The notes under the pieces are model-generated. The model saw nothing but the letters and a program-made list of their open reading frames with translations, was not told the origin of the DNA and did not search any database. A stretch of 64,000 nt of DNA, from contig CAWANJ010000009.1 of the NCBI GenBank assembly GCA_963783385.1, positions 384,001-448,000 of the forward strand, in the 5' to 3' direction. Made by a program: the position numbers and the translations under genes. The first letter of the stretch is position 1. Every line of letters starts with the position of its first letter. The stretch comes from an uncultured Gemmatimonadales bacterium (GTDB taxonomy: Bacteria; Gemmatimonadota; Gemmatimonadetes; Palauibacterales; Palauibacteraceae). Positions 32,684 to 42,612 of the stretch are shown here, piece after piece.

Positions 32684-34687
32684 ATGAGCTGTGTGGATCG
32701 GCCTCCAGCGGGGGCCGTGCGGAGGTTGGCAGTGGCGATCGCCGCCTTCGGGGCCCTTGTGATCGGGGGAACGGTGGCGCCCCGAGCCGTGCTCGCTCAG
32801 CAGGCCAGCGCCATCCTCCACGGCCGCATCGTGCTGGGCCGGGACTCGGTCCCGGTGTCCGGCCAGCCCGTCATGCTGCACGGGATCACCGGCGACAGCG
32901 GGGCGGCGCTGGACAGCGCCGTGACCGATCGGAAGGGCGCCTTCACCTTCACCCTCCAGGGGGATACGGCCCGCACCGTGTTCCTCGTCGCGGTCCGCTA
33001 CGACGACGTGCTCTACTTCGGCGATCCCATTCGGGAGGTGTCGCCCCCGGAGCCGTACGTCGTCCAGGTGTTTCCATCGCGTTCGATTCCCCGTCCGGAC
33101 ACCGTGCCCCTGACTCGCAGGAGCCTCGTGATCACCTACGAGGGTGGCGGGGCGCGCGTCCTGGACGCGATCCAGCTCGACAACGCGGGAGACACGGCCC
33201 TCGTGGCGTCGGGGTCGGGCGCGGGCGCGTGGCGCGTGGCGCTGCCCCAGGGTGCCGAGGACCCCCGGGCCCTGTCGGGGGACATGTTCCCCGGTGGGAT
33301 CCAGTTCCAGAGCGGCTTCGCGCTCCTCGAGCCCTCGCTGCGGCCGGGCACCTCGCAGGTCCTGATCCAGTATCGACTCCCCTCTGACAGGGCGCCGTCG
33401 CTCACGCCGGTCCACCCGGTCCAGCGGCTGGAAGTGCTGTGGAGCGGAACGGATCGGGATCTGATCGGGGCGGGCTTCCAACCCGCCGAGCCCGTGTCTT
33501 TCCACGGCGACACGTACCGTGCGCTGGTCGCCAGCTTCGTACCCGCCGGCACCAGTCTCACCATGGCCCTCACCGGCGGATCTTCGAAGACGGTGGCCTG
33601 GCTGTTCATCCTGACGGGCCTCCTGCTGGCGGCGGCCGCTTACGTGACCTGGCGGCGGACCGGTGGTCGGGGCACGGGCGGGGGGACCGTCGCGCTGGCG
33701 ATCCTCCTCGTCCTGGGACCGTGGAGCCGCGCGAACGCCGCGGAACGACCCTGCTGTCGGGACGCGCCCCGCCAGGATTCCTTCCAACTCCAGGACGACC
33801 TCGGGCGCACGGTTCGGCTCGCGGCTCCGCCGCGGCGCATCGTGTCCCTGGTGCCCGCGATGACCGAGCTCCTGTTCGCCGTGGGGGCGGGGAACCGGCT
33901 GGTGGGCAGGACGCGCTATGGTGTCCACCCTCCGGAGGCCCGGAGCGTCCCCTCCGTGGGCCAGGGCGTGCATCCGTCGGTGGAGACGGTCGTGGCGCGC
34001 CACCCGGATCTCGTCCTCGTGTACGCGGGTTCGGGCAGCCGTGCGGTCGTGAGGGAGCTGGACGGACTGGGCGTGCCGTCGCTGGCGGTGCGACACGACG
34101 ACTTCGCGGACCTGTACAGGAACATCGGCCGACTGGGGCTCCTCACGGCTCGTCCGCTGGCCGCCCGGGCGTTGGCCGCCCGCATCCGCTGCGAGCTCCG
34201 AACGGTGGCACGGGCCAGCGCGCGCTGGCCGCGCCGCTCGGTGTACCTGGATGTGTGGGAGGATCCGCCCTACACGGTTGGCTCGGGCAGCTATCTGGAC
34301 TCGCTCATTCGCGTAGCGGGCGGACGCGACGTGTTCGGGGACCTGCCGCAGGCGTCCCCGAGGGTGAGCCTCGAGGCCATCGCCGCGCGGGACCCCGACG
34401 TGGTCATCGTGCCTCGCAGCGTCCGGGGCCGCCTGGACCCGAGCCGCCGGCCGGCGTGGCGAGCGATACCTGCCGTGGCCGCCGGCCGTGTTCGGGAGGT
34501 GGACGGAGACCTCATCGATCGGCTCGGGCCTCGAGTGGGGGAGGCGGCCGGTGCCCTGGCCGCGGCGATCCACCCGGAGCTGGCCGGGGACCCGTCGGTC
34601 AGCGATCCGGCGCGTGCTTGCGGCGGAATCGGCCCTCCCGGCGGGAATTTGGGCCGGGCTCGGGACGACTCCGGCGGGAGGATCTGA
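32684..34687 (+). CDS. Exported beta-rich domain plus TM helix, in frame with a BtuF-like (cobalamin/Fe-siderophore) substrate-binding domain
   Basis: Signal peptide ending VLA-QQ; TM VAWLFILTGLLLAAAAY; C-terminal DDLGRTV, RRIVSLVPAMTELLFAVG, PDLV, RLGPR of class III binding proteins. Confidence 0.75.
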   Translation: MSCVDRPPAGAVRRLAVAIAAFGALVIGGTVAPRAVLAQQASAILHGRIVLGRDSVPVSGQPVMLHGITGDSGAALDSAVTDRKGAFTFTLQGDTARTVFLVAVRYDDVLYFGDPIREVSPPEPYVVQVFPSRSIPRPDTVPLTRRSLVITYEGGGARVLDAIQLDNAGDTALVASGSGAGAWRVALPQGAEDPRALSGDMFPGGIQFQSGFALLEPSLRPGTSQVLIQYRLPSDRAPSLTPVHPVQRLEVLWSGTDRDLIGAGFQPAEPVSFHGDTYRALVASFVPAGTSLTMALTGGSSKTVAWLFILTGLLLAAAAYVTWRRTGGRGTGGGTVALAILLVLGPWSRANAAERPCCRDAPRQDSFQLQDDLGRTVRLAAPPRRIVSLVPAMTELLFAVGAGNRLVGRTRYGVHPPEARSVPSVGQGVHPSVETVVARHPDLVLVYAGSGSRAVVRELDGLGVPSLAVRHDDFADLYRNIGRLGLLTARPLAARALAARIRCELRTVARASARWPRRSVYLDVWEDPPYTVGSGSYLDSLIRVAGGRDVFGDLPQASPRVSLEAIAARDPDVVIVPRSVRGRLDPSRRPAWRAIPAVAAGRVREVDGDLIDRLGPRVGEAAGALAAAIHPELAGDPSVSDPARACGGIGPPGGNLGRARDDSGGRI

Positions 34688-34695
34688 GGCGGCCC

Positions 34696-35436
34696 GTGCC
34701 CATCGTCATGACCCGGGCCGTGGTGCTGCAGACCTACGCTTACAGCGACACCAGCAAGATCCTGCGTCTCATGACGCGGGAGCACGGTCCGCGTTCGGCC
34801 ATCGCCAAGGGTGCCCGCCGTCCGGGGAACCGCTTCGGAGGGCTCATCGAGCCCTTCGCCGAGGGAATGGCCACGCTGTACATGCGCGAGGGCCGCGACC
34901 TCCACACCCTCTCCGCGTTCGACCTCGTCCGGGAGCGACAGGCCCTCGGCCGCGACCTGGAGCGGTTCGCGGGTGCTTCGGTCCTGTGCGAGGTCGTCAT
35001 GCGACTGGCGCCCGAGCACCGGGATGATCGGTTGTTCGGGGCCCTGGTGCGTGGTCTCGACGAGCTCCTGGCCGCCCCCCGGGAATCGGTCGAGGGCACG
35101 GCGCTGCGCGCCATCTGGCGACTGGTGGCGGTCCTCGGCTTCGCTCCCGATCCGGCGCGCTGCGCGACGTGCGGTCGGCCGCTGGCGAGGGGGCAGGGGG
35201 CCCGCTTCGACTTCGGGGCCGGGGGCCTGGTGTGCGCCTCCTGCGGAGGGCAGGGACCCCACCTCGCGCCCGAGGAGGTCGGGGTTCTCCGGAGCCTCCT
35301 CGCCCGAGGCGAGCCACCGGCCCGACCCGGGCGCCGTCACCGCCGACTCGTGGCCGACTTCATCCGCTACCACGTGGCCGAGGGCACGCACCTGCGGTCG
35401 CTGGCGTTCTTGGAGCGAGGGGAGGGGGGCGCGTGA
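34696..35436 (+). CDS. recO: DNA repair protein RecO
   Basis: [27 protein letters not shown] and CASC zinc finger. Confidence 0.92.
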   Translation: MPIVMTRAVVLQTYAYSDTSKILRLMTREHGPRSAIAKGARRPGNRFGGLIEPFAEGMATLYMREGRDLHTLSAFDLVRERQALGRDLERFAGASVLCEVVMRLAPEHRDDRLFGALVRGLDELLAAPRESVEGTALRAIWRLVAVLGFAPDPARCATCGRPLARGQGARFDFGAGGLVCASCGGQGPHLAPEEVGVLRSLLARGEPPARPGRRHRRLVADFIRYHVAEGTHLRSLAFLERGEGGA

Positions 35437-37335
35437 GGGCCTTCGTCATCGGGACGGCGGGCCACGTCGACCACGGTAAGACCACGCTCGTCAGGGCCCT
35501 GACCGGAGTGGACACGGACCGGTGGCGCGAGGAGAAGGAGCGGGGCCTTACCATCGACCTCGGCTTCGCGCGGCTGCCGACGGGGGAGGGCAGCGACCTG
35601 GAGGTCGGGATGGTGGACGTGCCCGGCCACGAGGACTTCGTCAAGAACATGCTGGCCGGCGCCACCGGAATCGACCTGCTGCTCCTCGTGGTGGCGGCCG
35701 ACGAGGGACCCATGCCGCAGACGCGTGAGCACCTGGTGATCGCGCGTCTGCTCGGCGTGAAAGCCGGGGTGGTGGCGCTCACCAAGGTGGACCGGGTCGA
35801 GCCGGAGTGGCAGGAACTGGCCGCCGAGACGGTGCGGGACGAGCTCCGCCTCGTCCTCGGACGCAACGACTGGCCGGTGATCCCGGTGTCGCCGGTGGCA
35901 TCGACAGGCGTCGAGGAGCTGCGCGAAGCGCTCGTGTGCCGTGCCGGTTCGCTGGACCCGCGGCGGCAGGACGATCTGTTCCGCCTCCCGGTAGACCGGG
36001 CGTTCAGCGTCAGGGGAGCGGGCACCGTGGTCACGGGCACGACGTGGAGCGGTCGCGTGCGGGTCGGAGACGACGTCCGGCTCCTGCCCGGCGGGACCAC
36101 GGCCCGCAGTCCGCACCCTCCAGGTTCACGGCGAGGACCGCGAGGAGGTCGGACCCGGCCGGCGGTGCGCCCTGGCGCTGGTGGGCGTCGACGCTGACGC
36201 GGTCCCCCGTGGCACCGTCGCGGTCGTGGGCGCGGGCTGGTCGGAGGCCGCCGTGATCGGCGCCCACCTGACCATCCCCTCCTGTCTCGATCGGTCCATC
36301 GAGCCGGGTCAACGCGTGCGGGTCTTCCTGGGGACGCGCGAAGTCATGGCTCGGGTCGACCCCGCCGACGGGACGCTGGAGCCGGGTGCAGAGGGTTGGG
36401 CGAGGCTTCGTCTGGAGCGGCCTCTCGTGGCTCGCACGGGCGATCGCTTCGTGGTCCGATTCTACTCTCCGGTGGCCGTGGTCGCCGGCGGGCGCGTCGC
36501 CGAGGTCGATCCTCCCGGAGACTGGCGGAGCCGGACGGACCGCTGGCTGGGGCTCCTGGAGGGCGAGCCGGCGACGTCCCTGGCCGCCGCGACGGCCCTG
36601 CGGGAGGGTCGGGGCCTGACGGCCGTCGAGGCGCCTCTGCTGACCGGCCTGGCGCCGGCCGAGGTGACCCGGGCCGCGGAGCGGGGGCCGGAGGTCCTCC
36701 GCGTGGGCGATCGCTGGTTCGCCGCCCACACCGAGGAATCCTGCAGAGCGGCGCTGCTGGAGGGCCTGGCGGAGCTCCATCGGAAGGCGCGACGCACCCG
36801 CGCCGCCTCCCTGGCCGCGCTGCGGCGGCGGGTGGAGGCGAGTTTCGCCGGGCCGCTAATCGACCACTGCATGGCGACGCTCGTCCGGGCCGGCGAGGTC
36901 GTCGTGGAAGGGCCCAGGGTGAAGCTCCCGGGCCATCGCGTACAGCTCACATCCGCCGAGGAGCAGGCCCGGGAGGCCATCGTGCGAGCCGTCGAAGCCG
37001 GAGGGCTCGAGCCTCCCATGGTAGCCGATCTATCGGAGGGCGCCGGTGGGGACGCGGGGCTCCTCCACGACCTCCTGGGGCTCCTCGTCGAGGACGAGCG
37101 CGTCGTGGCGGTGAACCCGGACCTGTACGTGTCCCGTGGAACGGAGCGGGAGCTGCGCGAGCGTGTGCGTCGCGTCCTGGCCCGCACCACTCCGGCCCAG
37201 GCGTCCGAGTTCAAGGAGGCCCTGGGCGTCAGCCGCCGCTACCTCATCCCGTATCTCGAGTACATGGACGCCGAGGGGGTGACCCGGAGGACGTCCGAGG
37301 GCCGGGTGCCCGGCCCCGCGCCTCAGTCGAGGTGA
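35433..37335 (+). pseudogene. selB: Selenocysteine-specific elongation factor SelB, interrupted by a +1 frameshift near 36108 (pseudogene or assembly error)
   Basis: [33 protein letters not shown] in the first frame; C-terminal winged helix GVSRRYLIPYLEYMD in the second; removing A36108 restores [10 protein letters not shown]. Confidence 0.88.
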
Positions 37336-37679
37336 TACAGGAAGCAGCCGCAGTTTTCGCACACGTCGAGGCCCTCGTTCCGCTCGATGTCCGAGGCCCA
37401 GGCCGTCGGCACGGCCATGAAGCAACCGTAACAGATTCCGCCGACGACGGGCACGACCATCCGGTCACGGGCGCCCTTCAGGCGCTCGTAGCGGTTGCGG
37501 ACACCCGTCTCGAGCCGGTCTTCGAGCTCCCCCAGCTTCTCGTCGATCCGAAGGACCGCCTCGTCGGGCTCGATGTCGAAGAGCTCGGACTCCATTCGGC
37601 CCAGGTCCTGCTCCGCGAGAGCCGCGCGCTGCGACCGGAGGTCCTGCATCTCCAGGAGGATCTCGAGCTGCGCATGCAC
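37323..37679 (-). CDS. Short coiled-coil plus C4-type zinc ribbon protein (DUF164-like)
   Basis: GICYGCFM and VCENCGCFLY; GTG start just downstream of ptsN. Confidence 0.8.
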   Translation of the reverse strand: MHAQLEILLEMQDLRSQRAALAEQDLGRMESELFDIEPDEAVLRIDEKLGELEDRLETGVRNRYERLKGARDRMVVPVVGGICYGCFMAVPTAWASDIERNEGLDVCENCGCFLYHLD

Positions 37680-37683
37680 GGGC

Positions 37684-38136
37684 TCAGGCTCCCCTGGTTT
37701 CGAGGAGCTCCATGAACTCCTCCGGGCTGTCGAGCTCGTCCAGGTGCTCGGCGATGTCCGCCTCCTTGCTGAACTGGGCGATCTTCCCGAGGACCGGGAG
37801 ATACTGGTTGGACACCTCGAGAGGGGGGGCGACGATGAGGAAGATGTGGTGGACGGGCTTCCCGTCGATGGCCTTGAAGTCCACACCCTCTTTCTTGCGA
37901 CCGAAGGCCACCCGGAGCCGGTTCACCACCAGCGAGCGGCAGTGGGGGATGGCGATCCCGCGTCCGATGCCGGTCGAGCCCAGGTTCTCCCTTCGCTTGA
38001 GCATCTTGAACAGAATGCCCTCGGACTTCTCGTCGAGGTCCAGTAGACCTACGAGCTCCTTGAGCACGTCGTCTTTCGTGTCGCCCTCGAGCTCCAGACG
38101 GATGGCCTCGGGGCTGAAGAAATCACGCAGCTGCAT
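37684..38136 (-). CDS. ptsN: PTS EIIA, nitrogen/fructose type
   Basis: RENLGSTGIGRGIAIPHCR, GVDFKAIDGKPV. Confidence 0.88.
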   Translation of the reverse strand: MQLRDFFSPEAIRLELEGDTKDDVLKELVGLLDLDEKSEGILFKMLKRRENLGSTGIGRGIAIPHCRSLVVNRLRVAFGRKKEGVDFKAIDGKPVHHIFLIVAPPLEVSNQYLPVLGKIAQFSKEADIAEHLDELDSPEEFMELLETRGA

Positions 38137-38220
38137 CTATCGACTCCTCCCCACTGGGGCGCGCTATGCGTTCACGGATCCTCCCCGGGGAACGGGTCGC
38201 GCCCGTCCCGGGACCGAGCC

Positions 38221-38250
38221 AGTATATTCCGGTGCCAGAAAGGGTGTCAA
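38221..38250 (-). promoter_or_regulatory. Sigma70-type promoter for ptsN
   Basis: Minus strand TTGACA, 18-bp spacer, TATACT. Confidence 0.6.
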
Positions 38251-38396
38251 AGGCGCGGGGGACGCCGACCCCGGTTCCGGTGCGGCCCGCAGGACGCTCC
38301 CGGACGAGGCGAGACCGGCTCTGGCGTGGGTCCCGCCAGCGACCCAGCTTGGGTGAACATGCAGGAAGTGCACCGCTTCTCGGGTCTTACAGGAGC

Positions 38397-39188
38397 ATGA
38401 CGGTTCGACGAGAGCGTCTTCGCGAGCTGCTGGATGGTCTCGCGCGCGGTGAGATCTCGCGCGAGGAGCTCCTCCGGGTCCTGGACCGGGACCCGGTGGA
38501 GCGTCTCCCGTTCGCGGTCTTGGACCATCATCGATCGCTGCGCCTCGGGCATCCCGAGGCGATTCTCTGCGAGGGGAAGTCGACGGAGCAGGTGATGGAG
38601 ATCGCCCGGCGCATGGCGGACCGGGGCGAGGGCTTCCTGGCCACCCGGGCGGGGCACGACGTTCTGGACCGGCTCGAGCGAGCCTTCCCGGAGCTGGAGG
38701 TCTCGCGTCCGGGCCGTATCGCCCATCTGCCCGCCGCGGACGGACACCGTCCGCGAGTCCTGGGGACGGTGCTGGTCGTGTCGGCCGGCACGGCCGACAT
38801 CCCGGTGGCCGAGGAGGCGGCGTTGACGGCGAGGGCACACGGAAATCCAGTCGAATTGCGCTACGACGTCGGCGTGGCCGGGCTCCATCGGATCCTGGAG
38901 GTGCGGGACGAGCTGCAGGAGGCCGCCGTCGTCATCGTGGTCGCGGGCATGGACGGGGCCCTGCCCTCGGTGGTGGGCGGCCTGGTGGGCACGCCCGTCG
39001 TGGCGGTGCCGACCAGCACCGGCTACGGTGCGGCGGCGGGCGGCGTGGCGGCGCTGCACGCCATGCTGTGCTCGTGTGCCCCGGGAGTGTGCGTGGTGAA
39101 CATCGACAATGGATACGGGGCGGGCTGCGCGGCCACCCGCATCAACCAGTCGGCCCTGGCTCGGGCCGACGTCGCCGGGGACGGCTGA
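38397..39188 (+). CDS. larB: Nickel pincer cofactor biosynthesis protein LarB (PurE-like)
   Basis: AGTADIPVAEEA, DVGVAGLHR, AGMDGALPSVVGG, PTSTGYG, VVNIDNGYG; AGGAG RBS. Confidence 0.92.
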   Translation: MTVRRERLRELLDGLARGEISREELLRVLDRDPVERLPFAVLDHHRSLRLGHPEAILCEGKSTEQVMEIARRMADRGEGFLATRAGHDVLDRLERAFPELEVSRPGRIAHLPAADGHRPRVLGTVLVVSAGTADIPVAEEAALTARAHGNPVELRYDVGVAGLHRILEVRDELQEAAVVIVVAGMDGALPSVVGGLVGTPVVAVPTSTGYGAAAGGVAALHAMLCSCAPGVCVVNIDNGYGAGCAATRINQSALARADVAGDG

Positions 39189-39189
39189 C

Positions 39190-39720
39190 TTGAAGCGTCC
39201 CGGCTGGTGGCCCGCGAACCTGTGGTTCTCCGGCGGCGCCGACGGAGCGCCTGTGAGCGGCGGAGGGCCGAGGCTACCCGAGCGCGCGCCCACGCGCATG
39301 GCGAGCGATCCGGGCCGGGAGCCGCCGGCCCGCAGCTTCCTGCGAACGCTGCTCGCCATGTTGGGCGCGGAGCGTGCGTCCGTGTGGGTCTACCGCCGGG
39401 ACGAGGGGACGTGGAACGTGGAGCGCGAGGTGTGCTCCGAGGACGGGCTCCGGCCGGAGGGCGGTGGTCCGGTGCCGGCGGAGGGGCACCCCTTCACGTG
39501 GGCGCTTCGCGAGGGCCTCGTGCTCCAGCTCCCCTCCGAGCGGTTGGGATCCATGGCGCCGGGAAGCGGGTGGACGTTGCTCGGCGTGGTCCCGGGTAGC
39601 CGCCGTGCCCTGTCGCTCGAGTTCGTGGGCTCGCCGCCCGCGGCCGCGCGTCGAGGACTGGAGGCGGCCCTCTGCCACCTGGCCGACCTCGAGCGGGCTG
39701 GATACCTGCGACCGACCTGA
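39190..39720 (+). CDS. Hypothetical protein, possibly GAF-like
   Basis: ORF fills the gap; LGAERASVWV resembles the first strand of a GAF domain; start uncertain. Confidence 0.5.
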   Translation: MKRPGWWPANLWFSGGADGAPVSGGGPRLPERAPTRMASDPGREPPARSFLRTLLAMLGAERASVWVYRRDEGTWNVEREVCSEDGLRPEGGGPVPAEGHPFTWALREGLVLQLPSERLGSMAPGSGWTLLGVVPGSRRALSLEFVGSPPAAARRGLEAALCHLADLERAGYLRPT

Positions 39721-39831
39721 GTTCTGGAACCGCGGGATAGATCCCCGGATCCTTCCGGGGGGGCGCGTGTATCCGGTGAGCGAGAGGCGGGTCGGCATCT
39801 GGATGCGTGCCCGCCGGATGATTGACAACCT

Positions 39832-40194
39832 GGGGGCGACCAGGCTTCGACGTGAGCGTCGGAAGTCGTGGGAGCGTGCCGAGGTGCTCGGGTCCTCGTT
39901 AAACACCGGGAAACGCTTTAACTGCCAACGACAACTTGGCACTGGCTGCGTAACTTAACGTAGCCCGTCTTCCGATCGGCCGGGCCCGAGGCGGGTCGGT
40001 AGACGACGACGTATCGGGCTGGTCCTGGACGTAGGCCTCGAGCGTTCTGGACGAGAGGGCGAGAGCCTCTTCGTGGCTGGCCGATGATGGGTCGCCTGCG
40101 GACCCGGATCCGGCGAGATTTCGAGCGCAGGCTACGCACGTAGAGACCACGTCGGATGGGTTCGCGGACGCGGGTTCGATTCCCGCCGCCTCCA
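39832..40194 (+). ncRNA. ssrA: tmRNA; tag peptide ANDNLALAA (39924-39953)
   Basis: 5' GGGGGCGAC...GCTTCGAC, 3' GCGGGTTCGATTCCCGCCGCCTCCA tRNA-like end; tag GCC AAC GAC AAC TTG GCA CTG GCT GCG TAA. Confidence 0.96.
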
Positions 40195-40197
40195 TGC

Positions 40198-40239
40198 TTC
40201 CGTGATGCCGCCGACCGGCGACATCACGGAATTTTTTTT
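40198..40239 (+). terminator. Rho-independent terminator after ssrA
   Basis: TTCCGTGATG...CATCACGGAA hairpin followed by T8. Confidence 0.85.
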
Positions 40240-40333
40240 CATCGACGTCAGGACACGCCTTTACCCACTCTCCAGGCCGGGCCGCCAGGTCCCGCTTCGG
40301 CGGTCGCCGGAACCGTGCAGGCAGGAGGTACAC

Positions 40334-40828
40334 GTGCTCGAGGATCTCAAGCAGAAGCTGAACGACGAAGCCGAGCAGCTCCTCCATGAGCTCAACGTCA
40401 CGCTGCCGGCCGAGATCGAGAAGGCCGTCGCCCAGGGCGACCTGCGGGAGAACTCCGAGTACTCGGCCGCCCTCGACCGTCAGCAGTTCGTGCAGGCCCG
40501 CCTCGGCTACATCTCGAGACGCATGTCGGAGCTCACCGAGCTAGACCTGGAGACGATCCCCGACGATCGCGTGGGCTTCGGCTCGCGCGTCCGGGTGCTG
40601 GACCTCTCCGACGAGGTCGAGGAGGTCTTCACCCTGGCGTTCGGGGACTTCATCGACTTCGAGAACTCCGAGATCTCCATGGCCTCGCCGATCGGCAAGG
40701 CCCTGCTCGGGAGCTTCGAAGGGGAGGAGGTGTCCGTGTCCACGCCCGGCGGCCAACTGCGCTATCGGATCGTGGAGGTGACCACGATTCACGAGTTGGC
40801 CGACGAGGACGGCGACTCCTCTGACTAG
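40334..40828 (+). CDS. greA: Transcription elongation factor GreA
   Basis: QGDLRENSEY, VGFGSRV, ISMASPIGKALLG; AGGAGG RBS. Confidence 0.92.
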   Translation: MLEDLKQKLNDEAEQLLHELNVTLPAEIEKAVAQGDLRENSEYSAALDRQQFVQARLGYISRRMSELTELDLETIPDDRVGFGSRVRVLDLSDEVEEVFTLAFGDFIDFENSEISMASPIGKALLGSFEGEEVSVSTPGGQLRYRIVEVTTIHELADEDGDSSD

Positions 40829-41805
40829 AAGACCTTGACCGGCGGGATGTACTTCTTGGGGTGTTCCCGGACGTCGGCCAGCATGGCGTTGAGGTCGACC
40901 AGCGACTTGAGGACCTGCTCGTAGAGGGAGTCCGAGACCACGGCCCTCCCCATGCTGCCTTCGCCGCGCACCAGCTTGCCCAGTAGCTCGTTGGCCCGCG
41001 CGGCCGCCCCGTGCAGCTCGGCGTAGAGAGAGTCCGACGCCACCATCCGACCCAGCGTGCCCTGGCCCGAGACCACCCGGCTCGTCAGCGTGTCCAGCCC
41101 CGCTGTCAGGCCGACGAGGTTGCCGTAGAGCGTCGAGTCCGTGAGGAGCTGCCCCAGGGCACCCTGGCCGGCGTTCACGCGGCGCAGAAAGCGGTCCAGG
41201 GACAGGCTCAACCGGGACACGTTGCCGTACAGGGAATCGTCGACCAGCATGCGGCCCAGGCTTCCATGGCCGGCCAGTATCTCCCTGGTGATGGAGTCGA
41301 GCCTGGCCGCGAGCTCACCCAGTCCGGTCACCGCGTCCGAGCCCTTCCGCAGGATGGCCTGGTAGTCCAGGGGCTCCGAGGCCGGCAGCGTGTCTCCCTG
41401 CTCGAGGATCCGGCTCCCCTCCGACCCCGGTTCGATGTCGATGACCCGATCCCCGAGGAGGCCCTGGGTCCGGACCTTGGCCTTCGAGTCCGCGCGAATC
41501 TGCTCCTGGACCTCGCGGTTCACCGCCAGCCACACGGCCACGGCCTCCCCCGTCCGCGCGCGTTGAGCCGGCGCCAGCCACTCGACCCGATCCACCTGTC
41601 CGACGTTCTGGCCGGCGAGCTGGACGGCCGCTCCCGGGACCAGCCCCTCGGCCGATCGCATGAGCGTGACCATCTCGTAGCGGCGCCCGAACACGTGCCC
41701 CACCTGGCCGATGTAGAAGGTACCCACGGCCAGGATGGCGAGTCCGACGAGGAGCAGGATGCCCACCCTGAGCTGGTCCCAGGTCACCGCGCGCGACCGC
41801 CTCAT
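40825..41805 (-). CDS. mlaD: MCE/MlaD family protein
   Basis: N-terminal TM, GLVPGAAVQLAGQNVGQV, TQGLLGD, repeated G(S/T)LG helical repeats. Confidence 0.88.
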   Translation of the reverse strand: MRRSRAVTWDQLRVGILLLVGLAILAVGTFYIGQVGHVFGRRYEMVTLMRSAEGLVPGAAVQLAGQNVGQVDRVEWLAPAQRARTGEAVAVWLAVNREVQEQIRADSKAKVRTQGLLGDRVIDIEPGSEGSRILEQGDTLPASEPLDYQAILRKGSDAVTGLGELAARLDSITREILAGHGSLGRMLVDDSLYGNVSRLSLSLDRFLRRVNAGQGALGQLLTDSTLYGNLVGLTAGLDTLTSRVVSGQGTLGRMVASDSLYAELHGAAARANELLGKLVRGEGSMGRAVVSDSLYEQVLKSLVDLNAMLADVREHPKKYIPPVKVF

Positions 41806-41853
41806 CGTCGGCCCCCCGGAAGACGCCGATCCACGTGCGGGTCGGACCGCCGG

Positions 41854-42612
41854 TCAGCGAAGAAATTCACGCACATACTCGTCATCCGAGGCACGCATGG
41901 CCTCCGGTGTTCCGATGAACACGATGCGCCCCTCGTGAAGGAGAGCACTCCGATCGGAGATCGTGAACGCCGAGCGGATGTCGTGCGTGACGAAGACCGC
42001 GCTCACGTTCATCTCCCGTCTCAGCTTCAGGATCAACTCGTTGATCGTCCGGGTCGTGATCGGATCGAGTCCCGTGGTCGGTTCGTCGAACAGCAGCAGT
42101 TCCGGCTCGTGGGCGATGGCGCGCGCGATGGCCACCCGCTTCTTCATGCCCCCGCTCAGCTGCGCGGGCAGGAGCTCTCCCACCTCGTCCGGGTCCAGAT
42201 CCACGAACGTCAGGACCTCGCGGACCCGCTCCCGGATGGCCTCCTCGGAGAGCTCGGTGTGCTCCTCGAGCGGGAAGGCCACGTTATCGTACACGGGAAG
42301 GGAGTCGAAGAGCGCCGACGCCTGGAACACCATGCCCATGCGCCGCCGAAGCGACAGCACCTCATCGAGAGGGGCCTCCGTCACGTCCACGCCCCGCACC
42401 AGGACGCGCCCCGACTTGGGCAGGGTCAGGCGCAGGATGAGTCGGAGGATGGTGGACTTCCCGGCGCCCGAACCGCCCAGGATGCTGAACGCCTCGCCCG
42501 CCTGGAGCACGAACCCGACCCCATCGAGCACGATCTTCTCCCCATAGGCGAGCGTGACGTCGGTCAGCTCCACCTCCGGCGCTCCAGCGTCCGGCGGCTG
42601 CGCGGGAGTCAC
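41854..42612 (-). CDS. mlaF: ABC ATPase, MlaF/Mkl family
   Basis: GGSGAGKST, LSGGMKKRVAIAR, FDEPTTGLDP, VTHD. Confidence 0.9.
   Translation of the reverse strand: MTPAQPPDAGAPEVELTDVTLAYGEKIVLDGVGFVLQAGEAFSILGGSGAGKSTILRLILRLTLPKSGRVLVRGVDVTEAPLDEVLSLRRRMGMVFQASALFDSLPVYDNVAFPLEEHTELSEEAIRERVREVLTFVDLDPDEVGELLPAQLSGGMKKRVAIARAIAHEPELLLFDEPTTGLDPITTRTINELILKLRREMNVSAVFVTHDIRSAFTISDRSALLHEGRIVFIGTPEAMRASDDEYVREFLR

Noticed and set aside
40195-40333. Island integrated at tmRNA (also checked at tRNA-Sec)
   Set aside because: Followed by a terminator and housekeeping genes; no integrase or duplicated 3' end seen
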